This document shows, one piece after another, positions 47,259 to 56,818 of a DNA stretch of 64,000 bases; the first letter of the stretch is position 1, and the number at the start of each line of letters is the position of its first letter. A program made the position numbers and the translations under genes. The notes below the pieces were generated by a model. It ran no database searches. It was not told the origin of the DNA and was given only the letters and a program-made list of their open reading frames with translations. Location of the stretch: the NCBI GenBank assembly GCA_000146465.1, contig CP001952.1. One strand, 5' to 3'.

Positions 47259-49328
47259 TCATCGAGTTATCTTGTACATTCCTGCACCTTTCTTTATGAT
47301 AAGCCCGTTGTGGTTGAGTGCTTCTATAAAATCATTGGCAGGCTTTCCGGAATCAAAAGATATTATTAGTCTACGTAGCTCCTCAACACTAACTACCCAT
47401 TCTCCCTTCTTCCTTCCATATTCCTTAAGCACCTGAGAAAAATCCCCATTTCTTCTACTATTAGACATCTTTTCTCTAGGAACAAACGTCCTCCTATGTA
47501 GTTCGATACAAAAAACTGCATCTGCTCTTGTAGCTATACTCCTCAATTCTGCTTTCGCTCGAGCTTCTGTTAGTCTAATCAACGACTCCAGATCCCTTGC
47601 AGAAACCCCTCCCTGCTTCCGGATCTCAACATAATATTCTCTTATGGCTTCTTTTGCCGATTTGCTCAGAACAGGAAACACATTTGCACGTGCATAGGAA
47701 ATATACTTCCTCATTATCTCCATTGGATAAACATCTCCTCTACTTCGGACTTCCTCAATAAAGTCATCTCTTCTAATCGTCTCCATAATATCGTCAAATT
47801 CACTTCCTATTCCTGGAGACAATGTCTGCCTTTTCTTCAGAATTTGCCCAGATATCATGTAGCTCTCCTTTTCAGACAGGTCGTCTAGAAGGAGAAAGAC
47901 AAGATCAAACCTTGACAAAAGGCCTGGGTCAAATCTTATGTTTTCCATCATTGATTTGGTTCTATCGAAGTGTCCATGCCTTGGATTAGTTGCTGCTATC
48001 ACAGTAGACCTTGTTGGAACACTACAGATCACTCCTCCCTTTGCTATGCTTACTTTCTGATCTTCCATGGCTTCAAATAAAGCTGCATGGTCGTCTATCT
48101 TGTCAAACTCATCCAAACAGCATATTCCATTGTCGGCCACCACCAGTGCTCCTGCATCCGCCATATATTCCCCAGAAACAGGATCGTGTGTCAAGGAAAC
48201 CGTTAATCCAGCTGTTGTGGTGAAGCTCCCACTCACGTAACTGCTCTTCGGAAGAATACTACATGTCCCCAACAGCAGCCTGCTTTTTCCAAGCCCGGGA
48301 TCTCCGATTATAAGGACATGTGTTTCAGACCTAATCAGATGCTGTCCTGCCATCTTCCTGGTTCCCCCAAATAAAGAAAGCACTAGTCCGATCTTTATCA
48401 GTTCATTTCCATACACGGACGAATAAAGCGAGCGCACAAGAGAGGCCAGCGTGTTTTTTCCCTTTGCTATTCTTCTAAATTCCGCAAAGTCTCTACTTTG
48501 ATATTCCAGGCTCTCTATAAAAAAATTCTTGTTCTTGACAATTTGAAGATTGTTTATATGGACCATCAATCTGTAGAGGCCGTCGTTTTCTAATTCAACT
48601 CCAAGCACTCCTACAATCTGCACAATGTCTCCTGGCACTAGAATCCCCACAAATTCATCGTAAAGAATGCAGTCCACAGCCTTTGGGATTCCCTTTCCAT
48701 CTTCTCCTATTCCCCCATAGAGCTCCTGTATTTTGATTTCCTGCATGTCTCTGCATTCCATCTCTGGATGATTTCGCATAAGAACAAAACTCCTTGAGTT
48801 ACACGAACCTTTGCATCCTGCCGGAGGTCTGTAAACGTTGTTCTTTACATTCACGTATATTACGTCTCCACACTTGGAACACTCAAAAAACATCTTACTG
48901 ATAATTACTCTTCTGAACCCCACTCGGCATACTGTTCCTGCCATAAAGACCAGCTTCCCAAGATTGGCTCTGTCAACATCTCCAAAATTTCCTTCCTTGT
49001 TCACTGTCTCGACCCTAGTACAGATCTTTACCGACAAATACCCTTTGTCATAGAGTAGCTCGGAAACAGCACAGGAAACACACAGAAGTAAGTTTCCTGC
49101 GTTTGTATCAAGAAGATTCTTTTCAACAAGACTCTCGAGATACTGCTCCGATATATAGTAGACTCTTGCTTCTAGAATCCTCTCCAGTTTATCCTCTGAT
49201 AAAACGTCTTTCAATTTCTTCTTTACTGCAAGTATTATCTGGACAAGCTCGTTGAAAGCAGTGAACTCTTCCTCGGGGAAATACATGTTCCATGTTTCTA
49301 TGTGCATCCCCTTGGATCTAGTACTCAT
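47259..49328 (-). CDS. MCM: MCM2-7 family replicative helicase subunit (paralog undetermined)
   Basis: Zinc-finger region CSKCGD...CKGSC. AAA+ MCM box with Walker A IIGDPGLGKS, Walker B/MCM signature CLDEFDKIDD, arginine finger SRFD. Confidence 0.9.
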   Translation of the reverse strand: MSTRSKGMHIETWNMYFPEEEFTAFNELVQIILAVKKKLKDVLSEDKLERILEARVYYISEQYLESLVEKNLLDTNAGNLLLCVSCAVSELLYDKGYLSVKICTRVETVNKEGNFGDVDRANLGKLVFMAGTVCRVGFRRVIISKMFFECSKCGDVIYVNVKNNVYRPPAGCKGSCNSRSFVLMRNHPEMECRDMQEIKIQELYGGIGEDGKGIPKAVDCILYDEFVGILVPGDIVQIVGVLGVELENDGLYRLMVHINNLQIVKNKNFFIESLEYQSRDFAEFRRIAKGKNTLASLVRSLYSSVYGNELIKIGLVLSLFGGTRKMAGQHLIRSETHVLIIGDPGLGKSRLLLGTCSILPKSSYVSGSFTTTAGLTVSLTHDPVSGEYMADAGALVVADNGICCLDEFDKIDDHAALFEAMEDQKVSIAKGGVICSVPTRSTVIAATNPRHGHFDRTKSMMENIRFDPGLLSRFDLVFLLLDDLSEKESYMISGQILKKRQTLSPGIGSEFDDIMETIRRDDFIEEVRSRGDVYPMEIMRKYISYARANVFPVLSKSAKEAIREYYVEIRKQGGVSARDLESLIRLTEARAKAELRSIATRADAVFCIELHRRTFVPREKMSNSRRNGDFSQVLKEYGRKKGEWVVSVEELRRLIISFDSGKPANDFIEALNHNGLIIKKGAGMYKITR

Positions 49329-49452
49329 TTAAATATTTCCGAGGCTTCAGGAAACCATGATGTAACCGGCTTGGATGGAAACAGAATCTTTGAATGGAAA
49401 ACACCAGCCTTTTTACCAAGAACAAAACCATCTATTTTTTTTCCCCTGGAAA

Positions 49453-50229
49453 ATGCCTCAAAACGACTTTGTGGAAAGACATATAAAAAAGTATGGAAGG
49501 CGTCTGGACCACGAGCTAAGGCAGTATAAGAAGGACAGAAGAGAAGAGAAAATGGTTTCAAGAAAGGCCGAGAAGCTGTTTGGGCTGAAGGCTAAGCTGT
49601 TTGCCAAGAAGCAGCGTGCTTCAAAGATCCAGCTAAAGAAGGATCAGAAGATGAAGGAATTCAAGGAGAAAAAGATGGAGGTTAGTATTGAGAGCAATCC
49701 ACTTCCTCACTTCCTCCTTGACAGGGAAATGGAAGAAAGGGCCAGGGACATCAACAACAAGATCAAGCAGCAGAGGCAGGAAAAGGGATCGAAGTATTCT
49801 GTTCCATTACCTAAGATTCATCCTCTCCCAGAAAAGGAAGTATTTGGGGTAGTTTCAAGCGGAAAGCGACGATCAAAGCACTGGAAGAGAATGGTTACTA
49901 AGCCTTGCTTTGTGGGAAGTGACTTCACAAGAAAACCTCCGAAGTATGAGAGATTCATAAGGCCGATGGCAATGAGATTTAGAACTGCACATGTAAGCCA
50001 TCCTGAACTGAGCTCTACATTCAATCTCAAGATAATAGGGCTAAAGAAAAATCCCCATTCCGAGGTTTATACAGGGCTTGGAATATTGAGCAAGGGGACC
50101 ATTATAGAGGTGGATGTCAGTCCCCTTGGGCTTGTCAATGGAGCAGGGAAAATCATATGGGGTAAGTATGCTCAGATAACCAACAACCCCGAGAATGACG
50201 GATGTGTGAATGCTGTTCTTCTGGTATAG
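49453..50229 (+). CDS. NSA2: Nsa2 ribosome biogenesis protein (S8e-like family)
   Basis: MPQNDFVERHIKKYGRRLDHELRQYKK matches the Nsa2 N-terminus. C-terminal S8e-like region. The ATG at 49453 is preceded by CCCC. The track ORF starts upstream at 49375. The spacer shared with the divergent MCM gene is ~124 bp. Confidence 0.8.
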   Translation: MPQNDFVERHIKKYGRRLDHELRQYKKDRREEKMVSRKAEKLFGLKAKLFAKKQRASKIQLKKDQKMKEFKEKKMEVSIESNPLPHFLLDREMEERARDINNKIKQQRQEKGSKYSVPLPKIHPLPEKEVFGVVSSGKRRSKHWKRMVTKPCFVGSDFTRKPPKYERFIRPMAMRFRTAHVSHPELSSTFNLKIIGLKKNPHSEVYTGLGILSKGTIIEVDVSPLGLVNGAGKIIWGKYAQITNNPENDGCVNAVLLV

Positions 50230-50348
50230 AAAAGTAGATTTGCCTAAATAGATTATGTTTACAGGCTTCCTTCAACAGCTAAAGAGAGAGAAGTGGAGTG
50301 TTATCGACTTGACTAAACATATTTAGTTTTTGGAATTATTTGGATTTT

Positions 50349-51353
50349 TTACTCATCAGGGTCGTTGATACCCTGCTCGGTGATGGCAAAGACTGCCTCG
50401 GACTCGGGGAGACAGGGCGAATCATATATCTTGCATATCCTTGTTTCTCCTCTCCCCTTACGCAGATACAATCTTGTTGTGCTTGCATGTGCCATAATGT
50501 TCCCCCCTATAGGCTTCTTGATGTCTCCAGCAAACATCCCTACAGCTCCATCCACATTGGACACTACCTGATTGGTGATTATGACAGCAACCCGGAATGT
50601 CTCTGCAAGATTAACAAGACTTCGGAGATACTTTGCCAAGTGCAGCTGCCTAGCCCCAAGCTCCCCTCTCCCACTGAAGTCTGTTCTGTATAGAGCAGTT
50701 GCAGAATCAATTATAAGAACCGAATACTTTGACTCCGACATCATTGCCGATGCTTTGATTAGAAGTTGAGATTGATGGTCGGAATTATATGCTCTTGCAT
50801 ATGATATGTTGTCCATGACCTCATCTGGATCTAATCCAAATCTCTCTGCTATTGGAATGAGCCTCTCCGATCGGAATGTTCCCTCGGTGTCTATGTACAT
50901 AGCCTTTCCCCCTCCGCCTCCCTGTTCTGGAGGAAGCTGGCATGTGACAGCAACAGTATGGCAGAGCTGCGTCTTTCCTGTCCGAAACTCCCCAAAGATC
51001 TCTGTTATGCTCCCAGACTCAAATCCACCATTCAGTAACTTGTCGACCTCCGAGGATCCTGTGGTGAGGTAAACAAGCTCGGACCTTCTCTGGTGATATG
51101 CCGATGCCGTTGTAAACCCCATTGGAACCAGTTTTGCAGCCTCCTTGATTAGCTTATCCACCTTAACATCCGAAAATCCCTTTATCGAAAGAAGCTGTCT
51201 CTTCGGAGCAAATGCCAGCGACTCGACTGTTGTAAACCCTGCTTCTATCAGCTTTGCTATGTCCACAGCTAATATCCCCCCGTTCTTCAGTTCTGATATA
51301 GAGATGCTCTCGGAATGATACTCTGCGTCCTGATATTGGTACTCCTCGCTCAT
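50349..51353 (-). CDS. RAD51: Rad51-type recombinase
   Basis: HhH N-domain, Walker [14 protein letters not shown], and [21 protein letters not shown]...[31 protein letters not shown]...[10 protein letters not shown], near-identical to Rad51 blocks. I chose the start at MSEEYQ (GGG adjacent). The track ORF extends 48 codons upstream. Confidence 0.9.
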   Translation of the reverse strand: MSEEYQYQDAEYHSESISISELKNGGILAVDIAKLIEAGFTTVESLAFAPKRQLLSIKGFSDVKVDKLIKEAAKLVPMGFTTASAYHQRRSELVYLTTGSSEVDKLLNGGFESGSITEIFGEFRTGKTQLCHTVAVTCQLPPEQGGGGGKAMYIDTEGTFRSERLIPIAERFGLDPDEVMDNISYARAYNSDHQSQLLIKASAMMSESKYSVLIIDSATALYRTDFSGRGELGARQLHLAKYLRSLVNLAETFRVAVIITNQVVSNVDGAVGMFAGDIKKPIGGNIMAHASTTRLYLRKGRGETRICKIYDSPCLPESEAVFAITEQGINDPDE

Positions 51354-51453
51354 GGGCAAATTTTTTCTCTCCACTTTATGCGCTTGCCATTGACTCCTTG
51401 GCCCCATCATTCCATCATGAAAGGATTGTAAAAACACCCACTGAAGCAGCCCC

Positions 51454-51780
51454 ATGAAGGAGGAAGAGTTCAATGAGCTCAAGCAGAATCTAGACAACTA
51501 TACCCCCCTGCTTCCCGAATCAGTGATCGACTACTTTATGGAAAAGGCCGGAATGGTTACCTCAGACCAGAGTATGAAAAAGCTTGTTTCCCTACTGGCC
51601 CACAAGTTTGTCACCGACATCGCCATCTCTTCCTTTCAGTATCACAGAATAAACCAGAAGGCTGCACAGAAGGATAAGAGGTTTGCAAAAGAGAAGAAAC
51701 CCACATTCCAACTCATAGATCTTGAAAAGGCCCTTGAGGAGGTGGGAATAAGCATCTCAAGACCCCACTACTACATGTAG
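51454..51780 (+). CDS. TAF10: TFIID subunit TAF10 (histone fold)
   Basis: [22 protein letters not shown]...[19 protein letters not shown]...[22 protein letters not shown] is collinear with the TAF10 C-terminal histone-fold region (...AAQKFISDIANDALQHCK...LTMEDLTPALSEYGINVKKPHYFT). Confidence 0.8.
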   Translation: MKEEEFNELKQNLDNYTPLLPESVIDYFMEKAGMVTSDQSMKKLVSLLAHKFVTDIAISSFQYHRINQKAAQKDKRFAKEKKPTFQLIDLEKALEEVGISISRPHYYM

Positions 51781-51826
51781 ACAGGTTGCACAGAAACATA
51801 AACATTTAAAATTTTTACTAGTCTCT

Positions 51827-53188
51827 TTATTCTTTGGTAATTAGTATTTCCGCATCCCTTCTCTTGGGCTTTGGCTCTAGGAAATAGAACTTCTTCAAGG
51901 ATTTCGCCACACTAACATCGCTTCCATCTGTTCCTTTCTTCTTCGGGTCTCCATCCTCTAAAGCCCTTACTAGGTCATTCCAACTAATTCTATCAACATT
52001 TCCATCATTTGCAAACGATATCTTCTTCAAAACATCCACAATCCTAGACTGTGCCATTCCATTCGTCATTCTAATCAAATCGTTGAATCTGTTTGTTATT
52101 TCCTTCTTACAATCTCCAAGATACTCCTCAAGAATCTCCAATCTTTCTTCGTCGTTTGGAAGCTGGAACTCGTAAACTCCCGAAAATCGACGCTTGAAAG
52201 CATCGTCAAGTGAGTCGTATAGATTGGTGGCTCCAAAGAGAAACACATTGCTGTTCACCTTATCGCATGCTCCCCCAATCGTGTTCAAAAACTCGGTTTG
52301 TGCCTTTAACGTGTAATCCTGTGATCTATCCGATCTCTTAGAAAAGAACACATCCACTTCGTCGATAAACACAAAGCTCGCCCAGTAGTTCCCATCATTT
52401 GCACTCTGGAACAACGCACGGATGTTCTTTTCTGTTTCTCCAACATATTTGTTGTTCAGCGAAGATGGTGTCACAAATGTTATTCTGGTGAGCGATTCCA
52501 TTTGCCTTGCCCTTACCAGCTTCTCATTGTGATCCATTCGGTCAAACTCCTCTTCCCCTATCTCGCTTCTCATCTTTAAGAACTTGATATTTAGATCAAC
52601 AAGATATATTAACTTCTTCATGAAAAGGGTCTTTCCTGTTCCAGGAGGCCCATGAAAAAGGAAGTTTCTTTGTGTTGTTTCTATGGTCTTGTGGAGTTCC
52701 TTCTCGGGAACAGTCCTTAGAAGGCTAACAATCTTTGTCACTTGTGAAATCACTTGTATCATCAAATCCTCCTTCCCAAAATAAGGAACATTCTCAAATG
52801 TTGATCCATCACGGAACGAAGGCTTGTCTTGATCTTCCATCTTCTCATCCTTCTCCTTAGACGTCTTTCCAATGCTCCCTCCTCCTTCTGAGACAATTAT
52901 TCTGTATATTACATATGCAAACACAAGGATAATTATTATAAGATAAAGGACTCCCTTTGTGCCTCCACTTGTATCTTTTGTCTTCTCTGTTTTGGGCTTT
53001 TTCTTTATTCCATAGTCCTTTAAGATCTTTCTATATATCAATGCTCCAAGAATATCGTTATTGATGTCTCTTTTCTTTTCCTCTGGTTTATTATCCTTTG
53101 TTCTGTTTTTCACTTTCTCATACTCTTCTTCATCCTCTGCCGTTTTGTTTTCTACTTTGTAGTTCTTGGACGCTTCTAAATCTCTCAT
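51827..53188 (-). CDS. membrane-anchored AAA+ ATPase (Msp1/ATAD1- or Bcs1-like; subfamily uncertain)
   Basis: Charged N-terminus, one TM helix (GVLYLIIIILVFAYVIYRIIV), then an AAA module: Walker A FHGPPGTGKT, Walker B VFIDEVDVFF, sensor-1 FLFGATN. Confidence 0.7.
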   Translation of the reverse strand: MRDLEASKNYKVENKTAEDEEEYEKVKNRTKDNKPEEKKRDINNDILGALIYRKILKDYGIKKKPKTEKTKDTSGGTKGVLYLIIIILVFAYVIYRIIVSEGGGSIGKTSKEKDEKMEDQDKPSFRDGSTFENVPYFGKEDLMIQVISQVTKIVSLLRTVPEKELHKTIETTQRNFLFHGPPGTGKTLFMKKLIYLVDLNIKFLKMRSEIGEEEFDRMDHNEKLVRARQMESLTRITFVTPSSLNNKYVGETEKNIRALFQSANDGNYWASFVFIDEVDVFFSKRSDRSQDYTLKAQTEFLNTIGGACDKVNSNVFLFGATNLYDSLDDAFKRRFSGVYEFQLPNDEERLEILEEYLGDCKKEITNRFNDLIRMTNGMAQSRIVDVLKKISFANDGNVDRISWNDLVRALEDGDPKKKGTDGSDVSVAKSLKKFYFLEPKPKRRDAEILITKE

Positions 53189-53396
53189 AAACCTCCGATT
53201 CTATGGGTATTCCAAAAAGATTTCAAGAATCAATGTCCAAAACCAACTCCTGGACTACTCCTTACATTATTTTTGCGAGGCTCTAATAGGACTCGACTCC
53301 CCTCGGCCTATGGGAGCTCCAGACTGTTCATAAGCCCTAGACTCCTTTTGAGCTCCTTTTCCAGATCTTTTTAACAACCGACCAAGGAATGCCAAA

Positions 53397-54561
53397 ATGG
53401 ATATCTCCGAAGAAAAGTTCGATGTACTGGATTCTGTGCATGTCTCTGGATTCCGAATATTGAAAGACAGTGGGGAGTTCTACCAAAGAATTAAGTTTCT
53501 TATGCAGAACTCGACATCAGTATGTATAGCATCCCTATTCTTTGGAAAGAACGGAGAAATGGAGGACATCATCGACATTCTCGAAGAAAGAAAGAGGAAG
53601 AATCTCATGACAATCATCTTCATCGATAAAAACAGAGGGACAGTCTTCGAAAGTCTGGAGTCTATAAAAAGAAGGGGTCTTGGCTCATTTTTTCATCTTG
53701 TAGATCTCTCTACGTCTTTCCTGCTTCCAAGGAGACTAAATGAACTTCTCAGAACCTTCCATACTAAGGCCTTGGTTTTCGATGGCCTAACCATATTATC
53801 TGGTGCAAACATGGATGCATCGTACATGACAAACAGAGTAGATAGGTAAGTGAAGCATTTTAATTTTAAGATATCTCGAGATTGACAGTAGGGAGCTGGC
53901 GGATATGATCAGATCTAGAGTCTTTGGAATAAGGCCCCCTTTGGAGGCTGGAAAAACTATATGCCAGGGCCTTCCAGTGTATGTAGGTATGTTTAAAGAG
54001 AAAGAGGAGCCTGCCATAGTCCAGTCGTTTCTGGAAGACTTCGACGAGATACACATTTCCACAGGATATCTGAACTTTCCGGCTCGCTATTTCAAAATGC
54101 TCCAAGGAAAGAAGGTGTCTCTCTATGCTTCATGCCCAGATAAGAACACCTTCGACTCGTTTGGACCCTTGGAGCGATTCATAGGCCCAGCTTATTCATA
54201 TAGCTTCTACAGAACTCTCAGATCAATTTCAAGCCTTTCCATTCACGAGCTGAAGAGGGACGGCCATTCATTCCATCTGAAAGGTAAGTGGAATTGTTAA
54301 TTTCTAGGCTTCTGGGGATTCAAGGGCAGAACAGCTGCAACCATCATAGGCTCATCAAACTTCAACAGGAGAAGCGTAGAAAGAGATGACGAAACAAATT
54401 ATCTAATAATCACATCCGACCCAGACCACGTTCAGAAGCTGAGGACTGAGGTGGAATATCTCAAGAGTAACTCAGAGGCAAGGACCTTGAAGCAGCTTAG
54501 AGGAAGGACATACCAGTTGGCCGTAATTCTATTGTTTCTGATTTTCAACAGATTCTTCTAA
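53397..54561 (+). CDS. PGS1: phosphatidylglycerophosphate synthase Pgs1 (PLD superfamily). Spliced as join(53397..53845,53871..54283,54308..54561), ~371 aa.
   Basis: Exon 1 ends HTKALVFDGLTILSGANMDASYMTNRVDR, the first HKD motif (human PGS1 HMKVYLFDNSVILSGANLSDSYFTNRQDRY). Exon 2 ends ...HSFHLKG. Exon 3 continues FWGFKGRTAATIIGSSNFNRRSVERDDETNYLII (human HAKGFW...IGSPNFGYRS). Both junctions have GTAAGT / TAATTT-N2-AG and keep the frame. The unspliced track shows three fragments. Confidence 0.75.
53846..53870 (+). other. spliceosomal intron 1 of PGS1 (25 nt)
   Basis: gtaagtgaagcattttaattttaag. 5' GTAAGT, 3' TAATTT-TA-AG. The junction sits between the conserved R and Y of NRVDR|Y. Confidence 0.7.
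54284..54307 (+). other. spliceosomal intron 2 of PGS1 (24 nt)
   Basis: gtaagtggaattgttaatttctag. 5' GTAAGT, 3' TAATTT-CT-AG. Phase-1 junction inside the second HxK(G)FW catalytic motif. Confidence 0.7.
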
Positions 54562-54582
54562 TCTAGTATGGCACCAAATAAA

Positions 54583-56586
54583 TCAGCATCTATCCAAATC
54601 CTTCTCAACCTTGCTGAACATGTGGTTAGCCCCCTTGAGCAGATCTTCCAGAGTCACCTCCACACAGCATCTTACAAACTCTCTCCCTGTCCTGCATAGG
54701 CTGTGGTATAAAATGTACTTTGCACGTTTTCTCGACATGCAGCTTGTGTTATGGACAAAGAACTGTGTATCGTTGAATATAGAGACATACGAGGATCCCT
54801 CGACAAGCTTTGCAACGTTCATGAAATATCCTGCACAGAACGACAGAACAATCTTACTTTCATCAGACTTGCATGGCCCATTGAACATGGAACATAGTTG
54901 CTTCTTTATCTTCACTGTCTGAAGCATTGCTCTAACATTTAGAAATGATCTCTTGAGATGTGATATCTTGAATCCAGTTCTTTCCCACATCCTATATATC
55001 TTAAGAAACGAGAAATGGTCTCCTCTTCTATCAAAATACAATGACTTTGCATCCAAAAACGCCTTGTGAGATTGGCTGTACTTTGGAATGTCCAGCCATA
55101 TGTTTCCCACACTTAGCATGGCTGCAATGATTGAAACATCCTCAAGGCACCCCAGATCCGAAGATACAATCAGGGAAATCGCTAGCTCCGGCTCTAGAGG
55201 GATTTTCGAGGCTCTGGCTCCAATCGGTGTTATCTTTCCATCTCCTCCTATGGCCTTGAGGTAGTACAGCAACTCTAGGGCCTTCCTCACATTCGAGGTA
55301 TCGGGCTTATCTATAAGGTCGAAGTTCACTATGTCATTCACTCCAATCGACTTCAGTTCAAGCACTGCCTTGGCAAGATTGCAGCAGAAAATCTCTGGTA
55401 TTGTATTCTCGCTCATCTCTTGGAATTCCTCTTTGGAGTATAACCGAAACACCTTTCCTTCCTGGGTTCTCCCTGCTCTCCCTGCCCTCTGCTTGGCCTG
55501 TGCCTTCGATATCCATGCCACCTCCAAGATGTCCATTCCAAAGGCCCCAGAGTATCTCATCTGCTTGGCTCGCCCGCAGTCCACAACATATTTTATACCC
55601 TCAATGGTTATCGATGTCTCCGCAATGTTTGTTGCAAGGACAATCTTTCTTTTCTTCGTCTTCTTGAACACAAGCTCCTGCTCCTCGGGTGAAAGCATGC
55701 TGTATATGCAATACACCTCGGCGTCGTTCCCTAAGATCTCTACAAGGATGTTTCTCCCGTTGTTGATCTCCTCCTTTCCCGTTAGAAACACCAATATGTC
55801 TCCTTCTTCCTCTGTCCTATGTATCTGTACCACTGTCTTCACAGCTTCGTCCAGATAATCCAAAGCCCCAGCCTTCTTCAAGAAAAATATCTCCAATGGA
55901 AACATTCTGTGGCGAATCTCAACCGTTTGGCATCTAAAAAACGAAATAAACTTCTCAGAGCTTAGCGTTGCACTCATTATAATCACCCGAAGATCCTTCC
56001 TCTTGCTCAGAATCGATTTCAGATATCCCAGAAGAATGTCTATGTTGACACTTCTTTCATGTGCCTCGTCGATAATCACAACATCATATCTATTGAGGCA
56101 TTTATCACTGACTATCTCCCGAAGCAAAATCCCGTCTGTAGCATATTTAAGCCTCGTTTTCTTACTCGATACATCGTTAAATCTTACAGAGTATCCAACC
56201 TCCATCCCTATCTTCACATTCATATCCTGGGCAACCTTCTTGGCAACACTTACAGCTGCAATCCTTCTGGGCTGCGTGCACACTATGCTCTTGTATCTCT
56301 CAAGAAGATATCTCGGGACTTTCGTTGTCTTCCCACATCCTGTGTCTCCTTCAATCAACAGAACTTGGCTCTTTTCAAGCTTCGAGAAAATCTCCCCCAT
56401 CTTATCTTTAACACTCTCTTCTCCAGATCTCTCCTCCTTCTTCTCCGTACTTATTAGCAAGTCCATTATTTCCTCCTCTGCTATGGAGTCCTTCTTGTCT
56501 TTGGCTAGGGGAAACAGTTCTGGAGGAATCTCTCGATTGATGCGTATTTCTGTTTCCATCCCTTTGAACACCGTTCTTTCTTCCAT
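54583..56586 (-). CDS. DEAH-box ATP-dependent RNA helicase, spliceosomal type (Prp43/DHX15-like by size; Prp2/16/22 not excluded)
   Basis: Motif I GDTGCGKTT, motif II IIDEAHERS, SAT, QRAGRAGR, then HA2 and OB-fold regions. Short (~85 aa) N-terminus. Track start at 56610 is GTG. ATG 56584-56586 has GGGG nearby. Confidence 0.85.
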   Translation of the reverse strand: MEERTVFKGMETEIRINREIPPELFPLAKDKKDSIAEEEIMDLLISTEKKEERSGEESVKDKMGEIFSKLEKSQVLLIEGDTGCGKTTKVPRYLLERYKSIVCTQPRRIAAVSVAKKVAQDMNVKIGMEVGYSVRFNDVSSKKTRLKYATDGILLREIVSDKCLNRYDVVIIDEAHERSVNIDILLGYLKSILSKRKDLRVIIMSATLSSEKFISFFRCQTVEIRHRMFPLEIFFLKKAGALDYLDEAVKTVVQIHRTEEEGDILVFLTGKEEINNGRNILVEILGNDAEVYCIYSMLSPEEQELVFKKTKKRKIVLATNIAETSITIEGIKYVVDCGRAKQMRYSGAFGMDILEVAWISKAQAKQRAGRAGRTQEGKVFRLYSKEEFQEMSENTIPEIFCCNLAKAVLELKSIGVNDIVNFDLIDKPDTSNVRKALELLYYLKAIGGDGKITPIGARASKIPLEPELAISLIVSSDLGCLEDVSIIAAMLSVGNIWLDIPKYSQSHKAFLDAKSLYFDRRGDHFSFLKIYRMWERTGFKISHLKRSFLNVRAMLQTVKIKKQLCSMFNGPCKSDESKIVLSFCAGYFMNVAKLVEGSSYVSIFNDTQFFVHNTSCMSRKRAKYILYHSLCRTGREFVRCCVEVTLEDLLKGANHMFSKVEKDLDRC

Positions 56587-56818
56587 TCCCAATTCTCCAG
56601 GGGTCCGCACTTATCTTCCCTATCCCCAGAAACATATATTTTTTTTGAAAAGACCCCTTGCTTGCCTAGCCGATAAGAACGAGTCTTTTGCCTTTTACTG
56701 AAGACTCCCATGGCTAGACACCGTGCCACACAGCAATTTTTGGAATGCTGATCAACTCAGCCTTGTTGTCGTAACATCTTCATCTAGCTTCTAAGATACA
56801 TCATCAAAAAAGAATACT

